Below are positions 1 to 10,133 of a stretch of 55,500 nt of DNA, piece by piece (positions within the stretch are counted from its first letter, which is position 1; every line of letters starts with the position of its first letter). The DNA lies in the NCBI RefSeq assembly GCF_946222815.1, contig NZ_CAMJRK010000001.1, positions 1-55,500 of the forward strand, in the 5' to 3' direction. Both the position numbers and the translations under genes were made by a program. Under the pieces are notes generated by a model, which worked only from the letters and a program-made list of their open reading frames with translations, was not told the origin of the DNA and searched no databases. Source of the stretch: an uncultured Leuconostoc sp. Lineage in GTDB: Bacteria > Bacillota > Bacilli > Lactobacillales > Lactobacillaceae.

Positions 1-183
1 TAAAACTTTGGTAATACTAAGATTAACTACTTCACCAGGAATAGCATCAACTACGAAAATAGGAAAGTTATCAATCTTGACAACACCCATACCTTGGTAG
101 GTGATATCAATCACTTCCCCTTGGATTTCTTGATTCTTTTTTACTGGTACTGCTGTTTTGTAAACACGATTAGCTTTTGCCAT
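1..183 (-). CDS. rlmD: 23S rRNA (uracil-5)-methyltransferase RlmD/RumA, 5' part (runs off window)
   Basis: Hand translation MAKANRVYKTAVPVKKNQEIQGEVIDITYQGMGVVKIDNFPIFVVDAIPGEVV is a typical TRAM-domain N-terminus; usual position after gatB-dgkB. Confidence 0.85.
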   Translation of the reverse strand, partial: MAKANRVYKTAVPVKKNQEIQGEVIDITYQGMGVVKIDNFPIFVVDAIPGEVVNLSITKVL

Positions 184-261
184 ATGTTTTAACGATGTAC
201 ACTATTAATTATGGTACACCGTATCTCCTTTTCTTGGGTTTTTAGACACCCACTGTCAACC

Positions 262-1251
262 TTATTTAACGTCGAGTTTTTCGACGTCAGCCACAAATTT
301 TTTCTTAGTTGTATCTGAAATAGTCGCTGTTTCTTCCATACCCGAACGATTTGCAACAAATTCAATGTGCTGTTGCAAATCCGTAAACACCATCGGTGCA
401 TCTCCGCCATATTCGCCATCTAAATTGACTTTTAACTGATCTTGATCCAAAGGTATGATTGCCACTTTATTTGTTTTTTTATAAATCATGTGTGGGTTAT
501 CAATATGCTTGCCACCATTTAACATTTGAGCAACTATTTGTAAAACTTGAGCTAAATTAGATTCTTTGATAATGAGTAAGGTAAACTTACCATCATCTAA
601 TTTAGCATCAGGAACAATGGTCTCAAAACCACCCACAGAATTTGTTAATGCTAAAAAAATCATTGAAATTTTACCAGAATATTCACCAGTGTCATAGGTA
701 ACTTTAGCATTAACTGGTTTTATTCGTGTAATAAGCTCTGTGCCTTTAACAAGATAGGCCAAATAACCGTACAAGGACTTCATCAAAGATGGGACAGCAT
801 ATGTCACCTCACTAATTGTTCCAAGCGCTGCAATGTTCATAAAATACTTTGATATGCCTGCTTGATCAATTTTTCCAATATCCATTTTAATGGTTTCATG
901 CTGAAAAATAATTTTAGCTGCTTCCAGTGGCTCATCACGCGGTAACTTTAACGCACGTGCATAATCATTGGTTGTGCCGGCTGGAATAACAGCCATCATA
1001 GGACGTTTTGGTAATGGTGCTAACCCATTAACGACTTCGTTGATTGTCCCATCACCACCAGCTGCTACAATCAAGTCAAATCCTGCTTCGGCTGCACGTT
1101 GTGCTTCTTTGGCAGCAGACATCGGTTCTGGTGTTGTCGCAAATGCTGACGTTTCATAACCAGCAAGCTCATAGGTATGCAAAATCGCTAGCATTTCCCG
1201 TTTAATTGCCTCACGGCCAGATGTTGGGTTATAAATAATTCGTGCTCTCAT
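262..1251 (-). CDS. dgkB: Diacylglycerol kinase (YegS/DgkB family)
   Basis: NPTSG, GGDGTINEV, PAGTTND and DGE motifs; follows gatCAB. Confidence 0.9.
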   Translation of the reverse strand: MRARIIYNPTSGREAIKREMLAILHTYELAGYETSAFATTPEPMSAAKEAQRAAEAGFDLIVAAGGDGTINEVVNGLAPLPKRPMMAVIPAGTTNDYARALKLPRDEPLEAAKIIFQHETIKMDIGKIDQAGISKYFMNIAALGTISEVTYAVPSLMKSLYGYLAYLVKGTELITRIKPVNAKVTYDTGEYSGKISMIFLALTNSVGGFETIVPDAKLDDGKFTLLIIKESNLAQVLQIVAQMLNGGKHIDNPHMIYKKTNKVAIIPLDQDQLKVNLDGEYGGDAPMVFTDLQQHIEFVANRSGMEETATISDTTKKKFVADVEKLDVK

Positions 1252-1408
1252 TTTAAAGTGTAATATAGCTACTTATAGCTAACGATCACGTTACCGTGTC
1301 ACACTATCCTTTCATAAAACTATGTACACAGGTATAAACCTGTATGAAACATATGCCGTTTATTGTTTATCAACACATTATAAATTGTGACATTAAAATC
1401 ATCAGTAC

Positions 1409-2848
1409 TTAACGTTTAGCTAATTCTTCTAATAACATTTTATTCATGACACCAGGGTTTGCTTGCCCCTTTGACATTTTCATTAATTGACCAATCAGAT
1501 AACCAGTTGCACGATCTTTGCCACCCTTAAAATCCTCAATTGATTGTGGATTATTATCCAAAACCTCAGTAATCCAACCCAATAAGATTGCGGGATCACT
1601 AATTTGTACCAAACCATTCTTCTTAGCAAATGATTCTGGTTCTTCACCTGCCATGATTGCTTCAAAAACTTGCTTGGCTTGTTTTGTTGAAATTGTACCA
1701 GCTTCAATCAACTTAATCATACCAGCCAAGTGCACTGGTGTTAATTGCGTATCCTGTAATTCAATTTGATGCTTATTCATAAAGGCATTGACATCACCAA
1801 TTAAATAGTTTGCTGCACGTTTCGCATCAGCGCCTGCAGCAACTGTTGCATCATAAAAATCAGACATCGCAAGTGTTTGTGTCAATACTTCTGCATCATA
1901 TGCTTCAATACCTAAATCTGACACATAATCACGTTGACGATCCTCAGATGATTTTGGTAATTCATCGGCGACTTTTTGAATCCACGCGTCATCAATCGTG
2001 ATTGGTGCCAAGTCTGGTTCAGGGAAGTAACGATAATCATCCGCACCTTCTTTAACACGCATCAAAATAGTTGATTTAGTTGGTTCATTATATCGACGCG
2101 TTTCTTGTTGAATAACACCACCAGATCGTAACACTTCGGCTTGGCGCTTTTCTTCAAAAATTAAAGCATTACGCACGTAGTTAAATGAATTAATATTCTT
2201 CATTTCAACCTTTGTGCCATACTCAGATGAACCAAATGGCCGAATTGAGATGTTAACATCCGCACGCATTTGGCCTTCTTGCATTTTAGCTTCTGAAATA
2301 CCAGTAAACAAAATAGCTTGTCGTAATTGTTCTAAATAGGCATAAGCTTCCTCGGGAGAAGCAATATCTGGTTCAGAAACAATTTCGATTAAGGGTGTGC
2401 CCTGACGGTTTAAATCAACATAAGAATAGCCATCTGCACCGTGCGTATTCTTACCGGCATCTTCTTCCACGTGCATTTCTTTAATACGGACACGCTTAAC
2501 TGTGCCATCAATCAATGTCACATCTAAATAGCCATTTGTTCCAAGCGGTGTTTGCGATTGCGTTGTTTGATAGGCCTTAGGATTATCAGGATAAAAATAG
2601 TTTTTACGATCCCAACGAATAAATGGTGACACAGTTGCATGTAAAGCAAGTGCAGCACGCATGCCAAATTCTATTGCCCCTTTGTTAGCAACAGGCAAAA
2701 CCCCTGGATAACCAAAATCAATGACATTGGTATTCTCATTAGGTTTATCACCATAATGTACTGGTGACGGTGACATGAGCTTTGAGTTCGTTTGCATTTC
2801 AACGTGGACTTCAAGTCCTATAGTCGTTTCAAAATTTCCTGTTGCCAT
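1409..2848 (-). CDS. gatB: Asp/Glu-tRNA amidotransferase subunit B
   Basis: [31 protein letters not shown] motifs. Confidence 0.98.
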   Translation of the reverse strand: MATGNFETTIGLEVHVEMQTNSKLMSPSPVHYGDKPNENTNVIDFGYPGVLPVANKGAIEFGMRAALALHATVSPFIRWDRKNYFYPDNPKAYQTTQSQTPLGTNGYLDVTLIDGTVKRVRIKEMHVEEDAGKNTHGADGYSYVDLNRQGTPLIEIVSEPDIASPEEAYAYLEQLRQAILFTGISEAKMQEGQMRADVNISIRPFGSSEYGTKVEMKNINSFNYVRNALIFEEKRQAEVLRSGGVIQQETRRYNEPTKSTILMRVKEGADDYRYFPEPDLAPITIDDAWIQKVADELPKSSEDRQRDYVSDLGIEAYDAEVLTQTLAMSDFYDATVAAGADAKRAANYLIGDVNAFMNKHQIELQDTQLTPVHLAGMIKLIEAGTISTKQAKQVFEAIMAGEEPESFAKKNGLVQISDPAILLGWITEVLDNNPQSIEDFKGGKDRATGYLIGQLMKMSKGQANPGVMNKMLLEELAKR

Positions 2849-2912
2849 AATTTTAGAGCCCTTACTATAACATGATTATATATATTAGTAAAGACGTTTC
2901 CTCCCTCTTAGC

Positions 2913-4379
2913 TTAATATTTCTTAGCAATATTTGGTCGTTGTTCAAACAAACGACTAGCTTGTTCAAACGCATAACCCGTTTGATATACCGTTGCTTCA
3001 TCAAATGGTTTACCAATGATTTGCAAACCAACTGGTAGGCCATCAACAAATCCAGCATTTACGGATAAGCCTGGTAAGCCAGCCAAATTAACTGGAATTG
3101 TCAAGACATCCGCTAAATACATTGCCGTGGGATCATCAATTTCTTCACCCAAACCATAGGCCACAGTTGGTGCTGTCGGCCCAACAATCACATCATAATT
3201 AGCAAACACCTTGTTAAAATCTTCAATTAATAACGTTCTTATTTTTGCTGCTTTTTTAAAGAAGGCATCATAGGCCCCTGCTGACAATGAGAATGTACCA
3301 AGCATAATGCGGCGCTTAACTTCATCCCCAAATCCCTCAGAGCGTGTCTTAATATACAAATCTTCTAAGTTTTTGACATTATCTGCCCTAAAACCATAGC
3401 GGACACCATCATAACGTTGCAAGTTTGAAGAAGCTTCAGAAGACATGATAATATAATACGCAGCGACACCGTATTTGGTGTGTGGCAAGCTAACTTCGTC
3501 AACTGTTGCGCCCATTGCTTCAAGTTGGGCAATGGCTGCTTTAACTGTTGTAGCAACTTTAGGATCAATGCCTTCACCAAAATATTCTTTTGGTACAGCA
3601 ATTTTCAAACCTTTGACATCTCCTGTTAGCTTTGAAGTGAAATCAGGTACATCACGTTTTGATGACGTTGAGTCTTTTGCATCAAAACCAGCAATTGTAT
3701 TTAAAACCAAAGCATTATCTTTAACAGTTCGTGTAAAAGGACCTACTTGATCAAGAGATGAAGCCATTGCGAATAGGCCCCAGCGAGAAACCCGTCCGTA
3801 AGTCGGTTTTAAGCCCACGATACCATTGAATGCTGCTGGTTGACGAATTGAACCACCTGTATCCGATCCCAATGCAAAGGGAACTTGACCGCCAGCAACA
3901 GCTGCGGCTGAGCCACCAGATGACCCTCCGGGAACTTTGGTATGATCCCATGCATTTGCTGTTTTTTTATAGTATGACGTTTCTGTTGAACCCCCCATAG
4001 CAAATTCATCCATGTTAGTTTTACCAACAGAAATTGCGCCTACTGTACTTAGCTTATCAACAACAGTCGCATCATAAACTGGTTTAAAGCCTTCTAAAAT
4101 ATGTGAAGCCCCTGTTGTTTGAATACCATTTGTTGCCAAATTATCTTTTAAAGCTAATGGCAAACCAGACAATATGTTAGAAAAATCCTGTTGTTCATCA
4201 ATTTTTTTTGCTTGTATCAAAGCTTCATCCGAATTTGTTCGAAGGAAAGCTTGCAATTCATTGTCTGTTTGTTCAATATTTTCTATGGTTGCTTGCGTTA
4301 AATCAACAGCAGTAATATCTTTGTTAACTAATTTCTCATGCAAAGAAGTTAAGTCATTATCAAAAAAATTAATTGTCAT
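2913..4379 (-). CDS. gatA: Asp/Glu-tRNA amidotransferase subunit A
   Basis: Amidase signature [34 protein letters not shown]. Confidence 0.98.
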   Translation of the reverse strand: MTINFFDNDLTSLHEKLVNKDITAVDLTQATIENIEQTDNELQAFLRTNSDEALIQAKKIDEQQDFSNILSGLPLALKDNLATNGIQTTGASHILEGFKPVYDATVVDKLSTVGAISVGKTNMDEFAMGGSTETSYYKKTANAWDHTKVPGGSSGGSAAAVAGGQVPFALGSDTGGSIRQPAAFNGIVGLKPTYGRVSRWGLFAMASSLDQVGPFTRTVKDNALVLNTIAGFDAKDSTSSKRDVPDFTSKLTGDVKGLKIAVPKEYFGEGIDPKVATTVKAAIAQLEAMGATVDEVSLPHTKYGVAAYYIIMSSEASSNLQRYDGVRYGFRADNVKNLEDLYIKTRSEGFGDEVKRRIMLGTFSLSAGAYDAFFKKAAKIRTLLIEDFNKVFANYDVIVGPTAPTVAYGLGEEIDDPTAMYLADVLTIPVNLAGLPGLSVNAGFVDGLPVGLQIIGKPFDEATVYQTGYAFEQASRLFEQRPNIAKKY

Positions 4380-4381
4380 GA

Positions 4382-4690
4382 TTACTCTCCCTCACCATCT
4401 AAAATTGCTGGCACTTTAATCAAATCTGCTGCCTCTAGTGGTGCATTTTTTAATAGTGCTTGTTTTTGATGCCAATTATCTGCTACATCTTCACGCAAAT
4501 GATTTACGTTGTCAGTTACCGAATATGTTGGCGCCACACCATCTGTGTTGACTTCACCCAATGTATTAAAAATATTTAAAATATTATCTAATTGAGTTGT
4601 GAATTGCACTAATTCAGTATCATCAAATGCTAGTTTAGCTAAATTAGCAACGTGTGCAACTTCTGATTTTGAAATTGTTGTTTCAGACAT
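4382..4690 (-). CDS. gatC: Asp/Glu-tRNA amidotransferase subunit C
   Basis: [17 protein letters not shown] motifs; directly upstream of gatA. Confidence 0.95.
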   Translation of the reverse strand: MSETTISKSEVAHVANLAKLAFDDTELVQFTTQLDNILNIFNTLGEVNTDGVAPTYSVTDNVNHLREDVADNWHQKQALLKNAPLEAADLIKVPAILDGEGE

Positions 4691-4824
4691 TTACTTACTC
4701 CTTTAAGCGTGTTTGTTGTTTAACTACATGTACAACGCACGTAACATATATACTTATTTATTTTACCATAACTCTGACGCTCTCTACGCTTGCATTTTAA
4801 TGATATTCGCGTATAATTAAATTT

Positions 4825-4910
4825 GTTGTAAAAACAACATGACCAAGTACTTTGTTTAGCGTCTCACCGTCGCTTCACACAGTCTTTGGCGACATTTTAG
4901 AAAGGTGGAT
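4825..4910 (+). promoter_or_regulatory. rpsO 5' leader, probable S15 autoregulatory RNA
   Basis: Promoter TTGCAT(4789)-17 bp-TATAAT(4812), then ~90-nt leader with CCAAG..CTTTGG and AGCG..CGCT pairings; expected position for the Firmicutes S15 leader. Confidence 0.55.
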
Positions 4911-4916
4911 ATGATT

Positions 4917-5186
4917 ATGGCCCTTACACAAGAACGTAAGAACGAAATCATCAATGAATATGCTCGTCACGAAGGCGATACTGGTTCAGCTGAAGTACAA
5001 GTCGCAGTTTTAACTGCTGACATTAACGAGTTGAACACACACATGGCAATTCACAAGCATGATTTCCACTCACAACGTGGTTTGATGAAGAAGATTGGTA
5101 GCCGTCGTAACTTATTACGTTACCTCCGCAACACTGATATTCAACGTTACCGTGAATTAATCCAACGCTTAGGTTTGCGTCGTTAA
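4917..5186 (+). CDS. rpsO: 30S ribosomal protein S15
   Basis: [34 protein letters not shown] at 4901-4908 favours the ATG at 4917. Confidence 0.98.
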   Translation: MALTQERKNEIINEYARHEGDTGSAEVQVAVLTADINELNTHMAIHKHDFHSQRGLMKKIGSRRNLLRYLRNTDIQRYRELIQRLGLRR

Positions 5187-5235
5187 TCTTAGGATTACAT
5201 GAAAACCTCGTATCAAATTTAAGGAGAAAAGACAT

Positions 5236-5487
5236 ATGCCTGTTATTGAATCAGCAATTCAACGTGTTCGTCTAACGAAAAAGCAACACGATCGTAACGA
5301 ACCGCAACTCAGTGCTTACCGTACAGCTGTTAAGCGTTTTGAAAAAGCTTCAGCTGCTGGTGAAGACAATTTAGCAGAATTATACAAGACTGCTTCTTCT
5401 GCAATTGACCACGCCTATTCAAAGGGTTTGATTAAGAAGAACAAAGCTTCACGTGAAAAGTCACGTTTAGCTAAGTATGTTAAGTAA
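5236..5487 (+). CDS. rpsT: 30S ribosomal protein S20
   Basis: SAIQRVR..KGLIKKNKASREKSRL; SD AAGGAG. Confidence 0.95.
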   Translation: MPVIESAIQRVRLTKKQHDRNEPQLSAYRTAVKRFEKASAAGEDNLAELYKTASSAIDHAYSKGLIKKNKASREKSRLAKYVK

Positions 5488-5495
5488 CAACAAAT

Positions 5496-5551
5496 AAAAA
5501 ACGACTTTAACCGTCATTCCTACATTTGGTATGACAGTTAAGTCGTTTTTT
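5496..5551. terminator. Bidirectional intrinsic terminator between rpsT and holA
   Basis: AAAAAACGACTT..AAGTCGTTTTTT inverted repeat flanked by A and T tracts. Confidence 0.8.
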
Positions 5552-5557
5552 ATTTTC

Positions 5558-6559
5558 TTATAAAGTATTTTTTAATATAAAACGTTCAAATAATAGTGCT
5601 GGCTCTTGATTTGTTGATTTTAATTTCACCTCAATGTCGACCATACCAAGATAGCTATCTCTAAGTGATGACAATAGATACTTCTTTAACATTTGGCGTG
5701 CTAGTTTAATACGGTATGGATGGATGCCTAATTGCTTACTCATGTCTTGTTCTGTACCCTTTAAACCTGCAATTTGCAACAATAATCGAAATTGGCCCGT
5801 CAGTACTGCATTAATCCGTAAAGCAGGTTCACCATTCTGTAACAAGTCTCTATAAATTAACAACGCTTTTTTAGGTTGTCGTGTCATGACAGCATCGACG
5901 AGATCAAAAACGTTTGCTGTTAAGGTTTTAGGTACTAAATTCGCTACCGCCTCTGCTGAAATATTTTTAGTATGTGTTGCATACGCGATTAATTTAGGTA
6001 ATTCATTTTTCATTGCAGTATAATGCGCATTTGTTCGTAAAATTAATTCTTGTAAAGCATCTGGATCAATTTTATAGGCACGTTGTTGCAATTCTTGGGT
6101 AATTGCTTGTCTTGATTGTGATTCATTTAATGCTGGTAATTCAATATTTTCTGCATATTTTAACAGCATTTTAGTTATTTTTTTACGTTTATCAATTTTT
6201 AAGTCATTAATAAAAAAAACGACAATATTTTCAGAAATTGGTTTTTCTAATAATTGAATCAGTTGCTCCTGGTTTTGAACCGAAATTTTACCCTTGGCTG
6301 TCAAAAATTCAGGATTTTGAACAACCACAACACGGCGATCACCAAAAAAAGGCATCGACATAGCATCATTAATAACGTCATCTAAAGTCTGATCAACAAG
6401 GTCAAATTGTGCATAATTCATATCACGATCTGCCGGTTGAATCAGTTGCCTAAACGCCTGTTGGGCACGGCTAATAAGGATTTCTTCATTGCCAGTCACG
6501 ACATAAAAATTAGCTAACGCATTATTGTTAATTTGTTGTTGTAGTTGTTGCAAGTTCAT
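5558..6559 (-). CDS. holA: DNA polymerase III delta subunit
   Basis: SMPFFGDRRVVVV, DKRKKITK, LGIHPYRIKLA; follows comEC. Confidence 0.93.
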   Translation of the reverse strand: MNLQQLQQQINNNALANFYVVTGNEEILISRAQQAFRQLIQPADRDMNYAQFDLVDQTLDDVINDAMSMPFFGDRRVVVVQNPEFLTAKGKISVQNQEQLIQLLEKPISENIVVFFINDLKIDKRKKITKMLLKYAENIELPALNESQSRQAITQELQQRAYKIDPDALQELILRTNAHYTAMKNELPKLIAYATHTKNISAEAVANLVPKTLTANVFDLVDAVMTRQPKKALLIYRDLLQNGEPALRINAVLTGQFRLLLQIAGLKGTEQDMSKQLGIHPYRIKLARQMLKKYLLSSLRDSYLGMVDIEVKLKSTNQEPALLFERFILKNTL

Positions 6560-8816
6560 GATTTACTTTCACCTCGAATTGGCCTTTTTCCTTTGTATAA
6601 TTATATCTAATCATACCATGAGTTTGTGTACTAAACAGTGCCATCTGTTGCTCTTGAATTGTTTTTAGTGTCTCAATATGTGGATGATGATATCGATTAT
6701 TACGACCTGCTGACACAATTCCTACTTTAGGCTGCCATTGTTTTAGAACCATTGGGTTAGAGGACGTTTTAGAACCGTGATGCCCTAATTTTAAAATATC
6801 AACACGCATATTAGGATATTTAGTAGCAATTGCTACTTCGCCTGCCTGATCCAAATCACCTGCTGTAAAAATATTTTGACCGCCAATTTTACCATATAAT
6901 GCGATAGAGTCTTCGTTTTCTGCCTTACCAGATTGAAATGGATGCACAATTTCTAATGGCATTTTAGGTACTACCATACCTTGAGTAACCTCAACAACTT
7001 GCGTGTTTTTAAGATACGGCTTGATTTCTTTTGCAAATGACTCTTGCGTCAGCATACCTGCCGGAATGATAATATGATTAACTTTTATTTTTTGTAGAAT
7101 GATTTTGGCATCACCAATATGATCATAATCTTGATGCGTTAATACAAGATTGTCTATATGACCAATGCCTTGGCTATGCAAATAATTCACAATAACTGTC
7201 TCGCCTTTAGTTCGCTTAAAATTCTGTTCTTGCCACTGTTGTCTTGAACCAAACGTCACTTGTCCACCTGTATCAATTAAGGTTACAGAGCGATTAAAAG
7301 GCTCACGAATTAATGTCGCATCCCCCTGCCCAATATCAAAAATCGATAGTTCCCCATGCACTGGAAAGCGTATAGAAAGTAACACGATGCCTAGTAACGT
7401 TATCCACAGCAGCCTTGCCCATTGAGCAACCTTTTTTTCTGTTACAAATAATAACAATGCCATCATAAACAGAATAATCGCGACAAACCAAGACAATTTG
7501 CCAATAATTAAATTACCAGGTAGTGTCGCAACATAATCAACACTATGAGCAAATAATCCAATAACACTATTCATTAAATAAGTTACAAATGGTACTGTTT
7601 GTCCGATAAAACCAATCATCACTGCAGGTACAATAATGGCACTAAAGAGTGGTATTGCTGCAAAATTCACAAAAGTTTGCAAGACATGCCAGGTGTATTG
7701 TTGTCCAACAATAAGTGGCAAACTGACTGCACTTAATAATAAGTTAATTTGCCAAAAATTTAATGTCCTTGTAAATAATAAACAAAATGTCATAGCAAAA
7801 GAGAGTTGTCCACCGAGTGTCAGCAAAATACCTGGTTCATAAATCAGGCTGCCCAATAAACTAACTGCCCAAACACTTGCAGCTGGCATACGGCGACAAC
7901 CTGCCAAATGTGTCATCATAATTAGTCCAGCAATCAGAGCACGCACAAGCACTGCCGGTTCACCAGCAAACACAAAATAATTAATTAAAAGCAACGCCCC
8001 CAACCAAGCAGATACTTCTTGTGGTACATAAAGTCGCCGTAAGACCGCCATGAGCAACATTAATACATAAGATACATGAAACCCAGATACACTAAATAGA
8101 TGAATCAGTCCCAGTGTTTGTACCCCTGGATTATTGCCGTAAAGTGATTGCGGTGTTGTCCCTAAAATGAGTGCTTGTGCATAATCACTTAACGGTTGTG
8201 GCAGTTTTGCTGCATTTTGAATCCCTTGTGCATGCCATATGTGTAATTGATAACGGCAGTTTTGCCAAAATTTGTTGGACTTTATCGGTTTGACTTGCCA
8301 CGACTTAATTGTTACTTGATGTGTCATGTGTTTTGTTTCATAATATTTTTGTGCATCAAACTGATTAAAATTGGTTGGTGATTTAATACGTGATAAATCG
8401 CCTGTGGCGTCAAAATGAACAATATTTTTTTCAGATAACCACGCTTTTTTTTCAGATTCAGAAGTTAATTTAGCATACAATCGAACAATATGTTTATTAT
8501 CATCTAAACTTGCGTTGGTTGTTAAATTATCACCATCAATCGTAATTTCATCAGGTAAAATAACACCACTAATTTGAGCAGATTCTTGATCTGGTTGTAG
8601 AGACTGCGTTCTTAGTTCATGTGCATCATAGATAAAATATAACAAAAAAGGTGTCCCTAAAATCAGGGCAATCATCCCAAACCACTTAGTTAAATTAAAA
8701 CAAGAAATAACAATCACTACTACTAACAAAATAATGGTGACACCATTTAAACGATAAATACAACCACCCATAGCTGCAATGAGTAAACTGACTATTAACA
8801 AAGATCGATTAATCAT
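6528..8816 (-). CDS. comEC: DNA uptake channel ComEC
   Basis: HLFSVSGFHV, DIGQGDA, LTHQDYDHIG, GHHGSKTSS, NRYHHPH motifs; frame intact. Confidence 0.95.
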   Translation of the reverse strand: MINRSLLIVSLLIAAMGGCIYRLNGVTIILLVVVIVISCFNLTKWFGMIALILGTPFLLYFIYDAHELRTQSLQPDQESAQISGVILPDEITIDGDNLTTNASLDDNKHIVRLYAKLTSESEKKAWLSEKNIVHFDATGDLSRIKSPTNFNQFDAQKYYETKHMTHQVTIKSWQVKPIKSNKFWQNCRYQLHIWHAQGIQNAAKLPQPLSDYAQALILGTTPQSLYGNNPGVQTLGLIHLFSVSGFHVSYVLMLLMAVLRRLYVPQEVSAWLGALLLINYFVFAGEPAVLVRALIAGLIMMTHLAGCRRMPAASVWAVSLLGSLIYEPGILLTLGGQLSFAMTFCLLFTRTLNFWQINLLLSAVSLPLIVGQQYTWHVLQTFVNFAAIPLFSAIIVPAVMIGFIGQTVPFVTYLMNSVIGLFAHSVDYVATLPGNLIIGKLSWFVAIILFMMALLLFVTEKKVAQWARLLWITLLGIVLLSIRFPVHGELSIFDIGQGDATLIREPFNRSVTLIDTGGQVTFGSRQQWQEQNFKRTKGETVIVNYLHSQGIGHIDNLVLTHQDYDHIGDAKIILQKIKVNHIIIPAGMLTQESFAKEIKPYLKNTQVVEVTQGMVVPKMPLEIVHPFQSGKAENEDSIALYGKIGGQNIFTAGDLDQAGEVAIATKYPNMRVDILKLGHHGSKTSSNPMVLKQWQPKVGIVSAGRNNRYHHPHIETLKTIQEQQMALFSTQTHGMIRYNYTKEKGQFEVKVNHELATTTTTN

Positions 8817-9454
8817 TATATGGTTAGTTTATCCTGCAATGTTTCAAAGCGTTTTGCCCCTATACCTGAAACTTCCTTAATTTCATCTATTGTTTTAAAA
8901 TTATCATGCGCTTCACGATAAGCAATAATTTGCTCTGCTTTTTTTTCACCTATCCCCTCAAGTGTCTGTAATTCTGCAGCAGTCGCGGTATTTAAATTAA
9001 TTTTAGTCATTACTTGACTTGATTCAGTTGCTTGTTGACCAATAGCAACTTTATTTGACCTAACTTCACCAATCACCGGTACATAAAGCATTTGTCCGTC
9101 AGATAATTTTTCGGCTAAATTTAACTGTAAAGTATCCGCTTCCTGCGTCAATCCACCTGCTTTTGCAATTGCAGTTTGTGCACGTGGTGAGTTGGCAATA
9201 TCATACACACCAGGATTTTTCACAGCACCTTTGACATCAATCATAACAACTACGTCATTTACCTTGGCGCTAGTTACAGGTGATGCAGCCGAGTTACTTG
9301 TGCTACTCATACTATAAGCAGGTGGCACTTCTGCGTCTTTAGGTTGCTTAATGGCAATGATAGCAATGAGACCCATAAAAAAAACGCCACCTAACATCAA
9401 CCAAATTTTGTGACTTGCTAATTTGTCCTTGATTACATCAAATGTATCTATCAC
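8816..9454 (-). CDS. comEA: DNA receptor ComEA
   Basis: N-terminal TM, SLBB (DVKGAVKNPGVY) and HhH (INLNTATAAELQTLEGIG); probable GTG start at 9454 after SD GAGGTGA. Confidence 0.93.
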   Translation of the reverse strand: MIDTFDVIKDKLASHKIWLMLGGVFFMGLIAIIAIKQPKDAEVPPAYSMSSTSNSAASPVTSAKVNDVVVMIDVKGAVKNPGVYDIANSPRAQTAIAKAGGLTQEADTLQLNLAEKLSDGQMLYVPVIGEVRSNKVAIGQQATESSQVMTKINLNTATAAELQTLEGIGEKKAEQIIAYREAHDNFKTIDEIKEVSGIGAKRFETLQDKLTI

Positions 9455-9475
9455 ATGCATCACCTCTGATAACAT

Positions 9476-9500
9476 GATACGTTACACTATACCATGTCAC
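9476..9500 (-). promoter_or_regulatory. Candidate ComX (sigma-X) promoter box
   Basis: T-tract then GTGACAT-N9-TAACGTATC just upstream of comEA; resembles the lactococcal Com-box (GTTACA..CGTATA). Confidence 0.45.
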
Positions 9501-9501
9501 T

Positions 9502-9533
9502 AAAAAACACCTAACAAATTATTGTTAGGTGTT
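9502..9533 (-). terminator. Intrinsic terminator of the ncRNA
   Basis: AACACCTAACAA-loop-TTGTTAGGTGTT followed by T tract. Confidence 0.85.
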
Positions 9534-9534
9534 A

Positions 9535-9743
9535 GTTTGGCATGCAGGATTCGCTCCTGCGGGCGACTACTAGTTGTCACACTAATAGTAAAGTCGCGTC
9601 ACTGCAGTGCAAGCACTGTTAGTCATAGTGAGAAAAGGGGGTTCCACAACCACCATTAACACCTGCGTCTATACGAGACTTGTGATTTAACACGGCAGGC
9701 CGCGTTCGGCGCTAATTTTTCAAGCGCTTCGACTCATCGCATG
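9535..9743 (-). ncRNA. ssrS: Stand-alone structured ncRNA, probably 6S RNA (Lacto-usp-like)
   Basis: GC-rich and ORF-free; promoter TTGACT(9777-9772)-17 bp-TATACT(9754-9749) with TG extension; own terminator; segments CGUGUU..UCACAA, AGGU, GGUUGUGG and UGACGCGA recall lactobacillus 6S-like RNAs from memory. Confidence 0.6.
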
Positions 9744-9843
9744 TATTTAGTATACCAAATTTCTAAGTAATAGTCAAAACTAACTTCATCGTTTAAAATA
9801 TCATACCACTCATCCGTGTCTGATAACCTGTTATAATAGACAT

Positions 9844-10101
9844 ATGATAAAATTAACAAAGCTAGAAAAACATGATATTAGCCGAATGGCTAATCCTAAA
9901 TACTCTGATTTTGCTGACATTTATGTCCCAGATGCCAACGCCGCTTCTAAACAAATGATGGCAAAATACGTCATTGAAACCTATGATTTAGGTGAACTTT
10001 ATGGTGTCAAATCAACTGTATCACATCACATATTAGACTTTACTTATTTGAATGGTGAACAGCAATCACGGATTACTGGTAAAATTGAATACGATGCATA
10101 A
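9844..10101 (+). CDS. Hypothetical protein (85 aa)
   Basis: ORF with extended -10 immediately upstream and a terminator downstream. Confidence 0.7.
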   Translation: MIKLTKLEKHDISRMANPKYSDFADIYVPDANAASKQMMAKYVIETYDLGELYGVKSTVSHHILDFTYLNGEQQSRITGKIEYDA

Positions 10102-10133
10102 AACAAGCGATAATCTTAATTATCGCTTGTTTT
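10101..10133. terminator. Bidirectional terminator
   Basis: AAACAAGCGATAAT..ATTATCGCTTGTTT inverted repeat between convergent genes. Confidence 0.75.
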
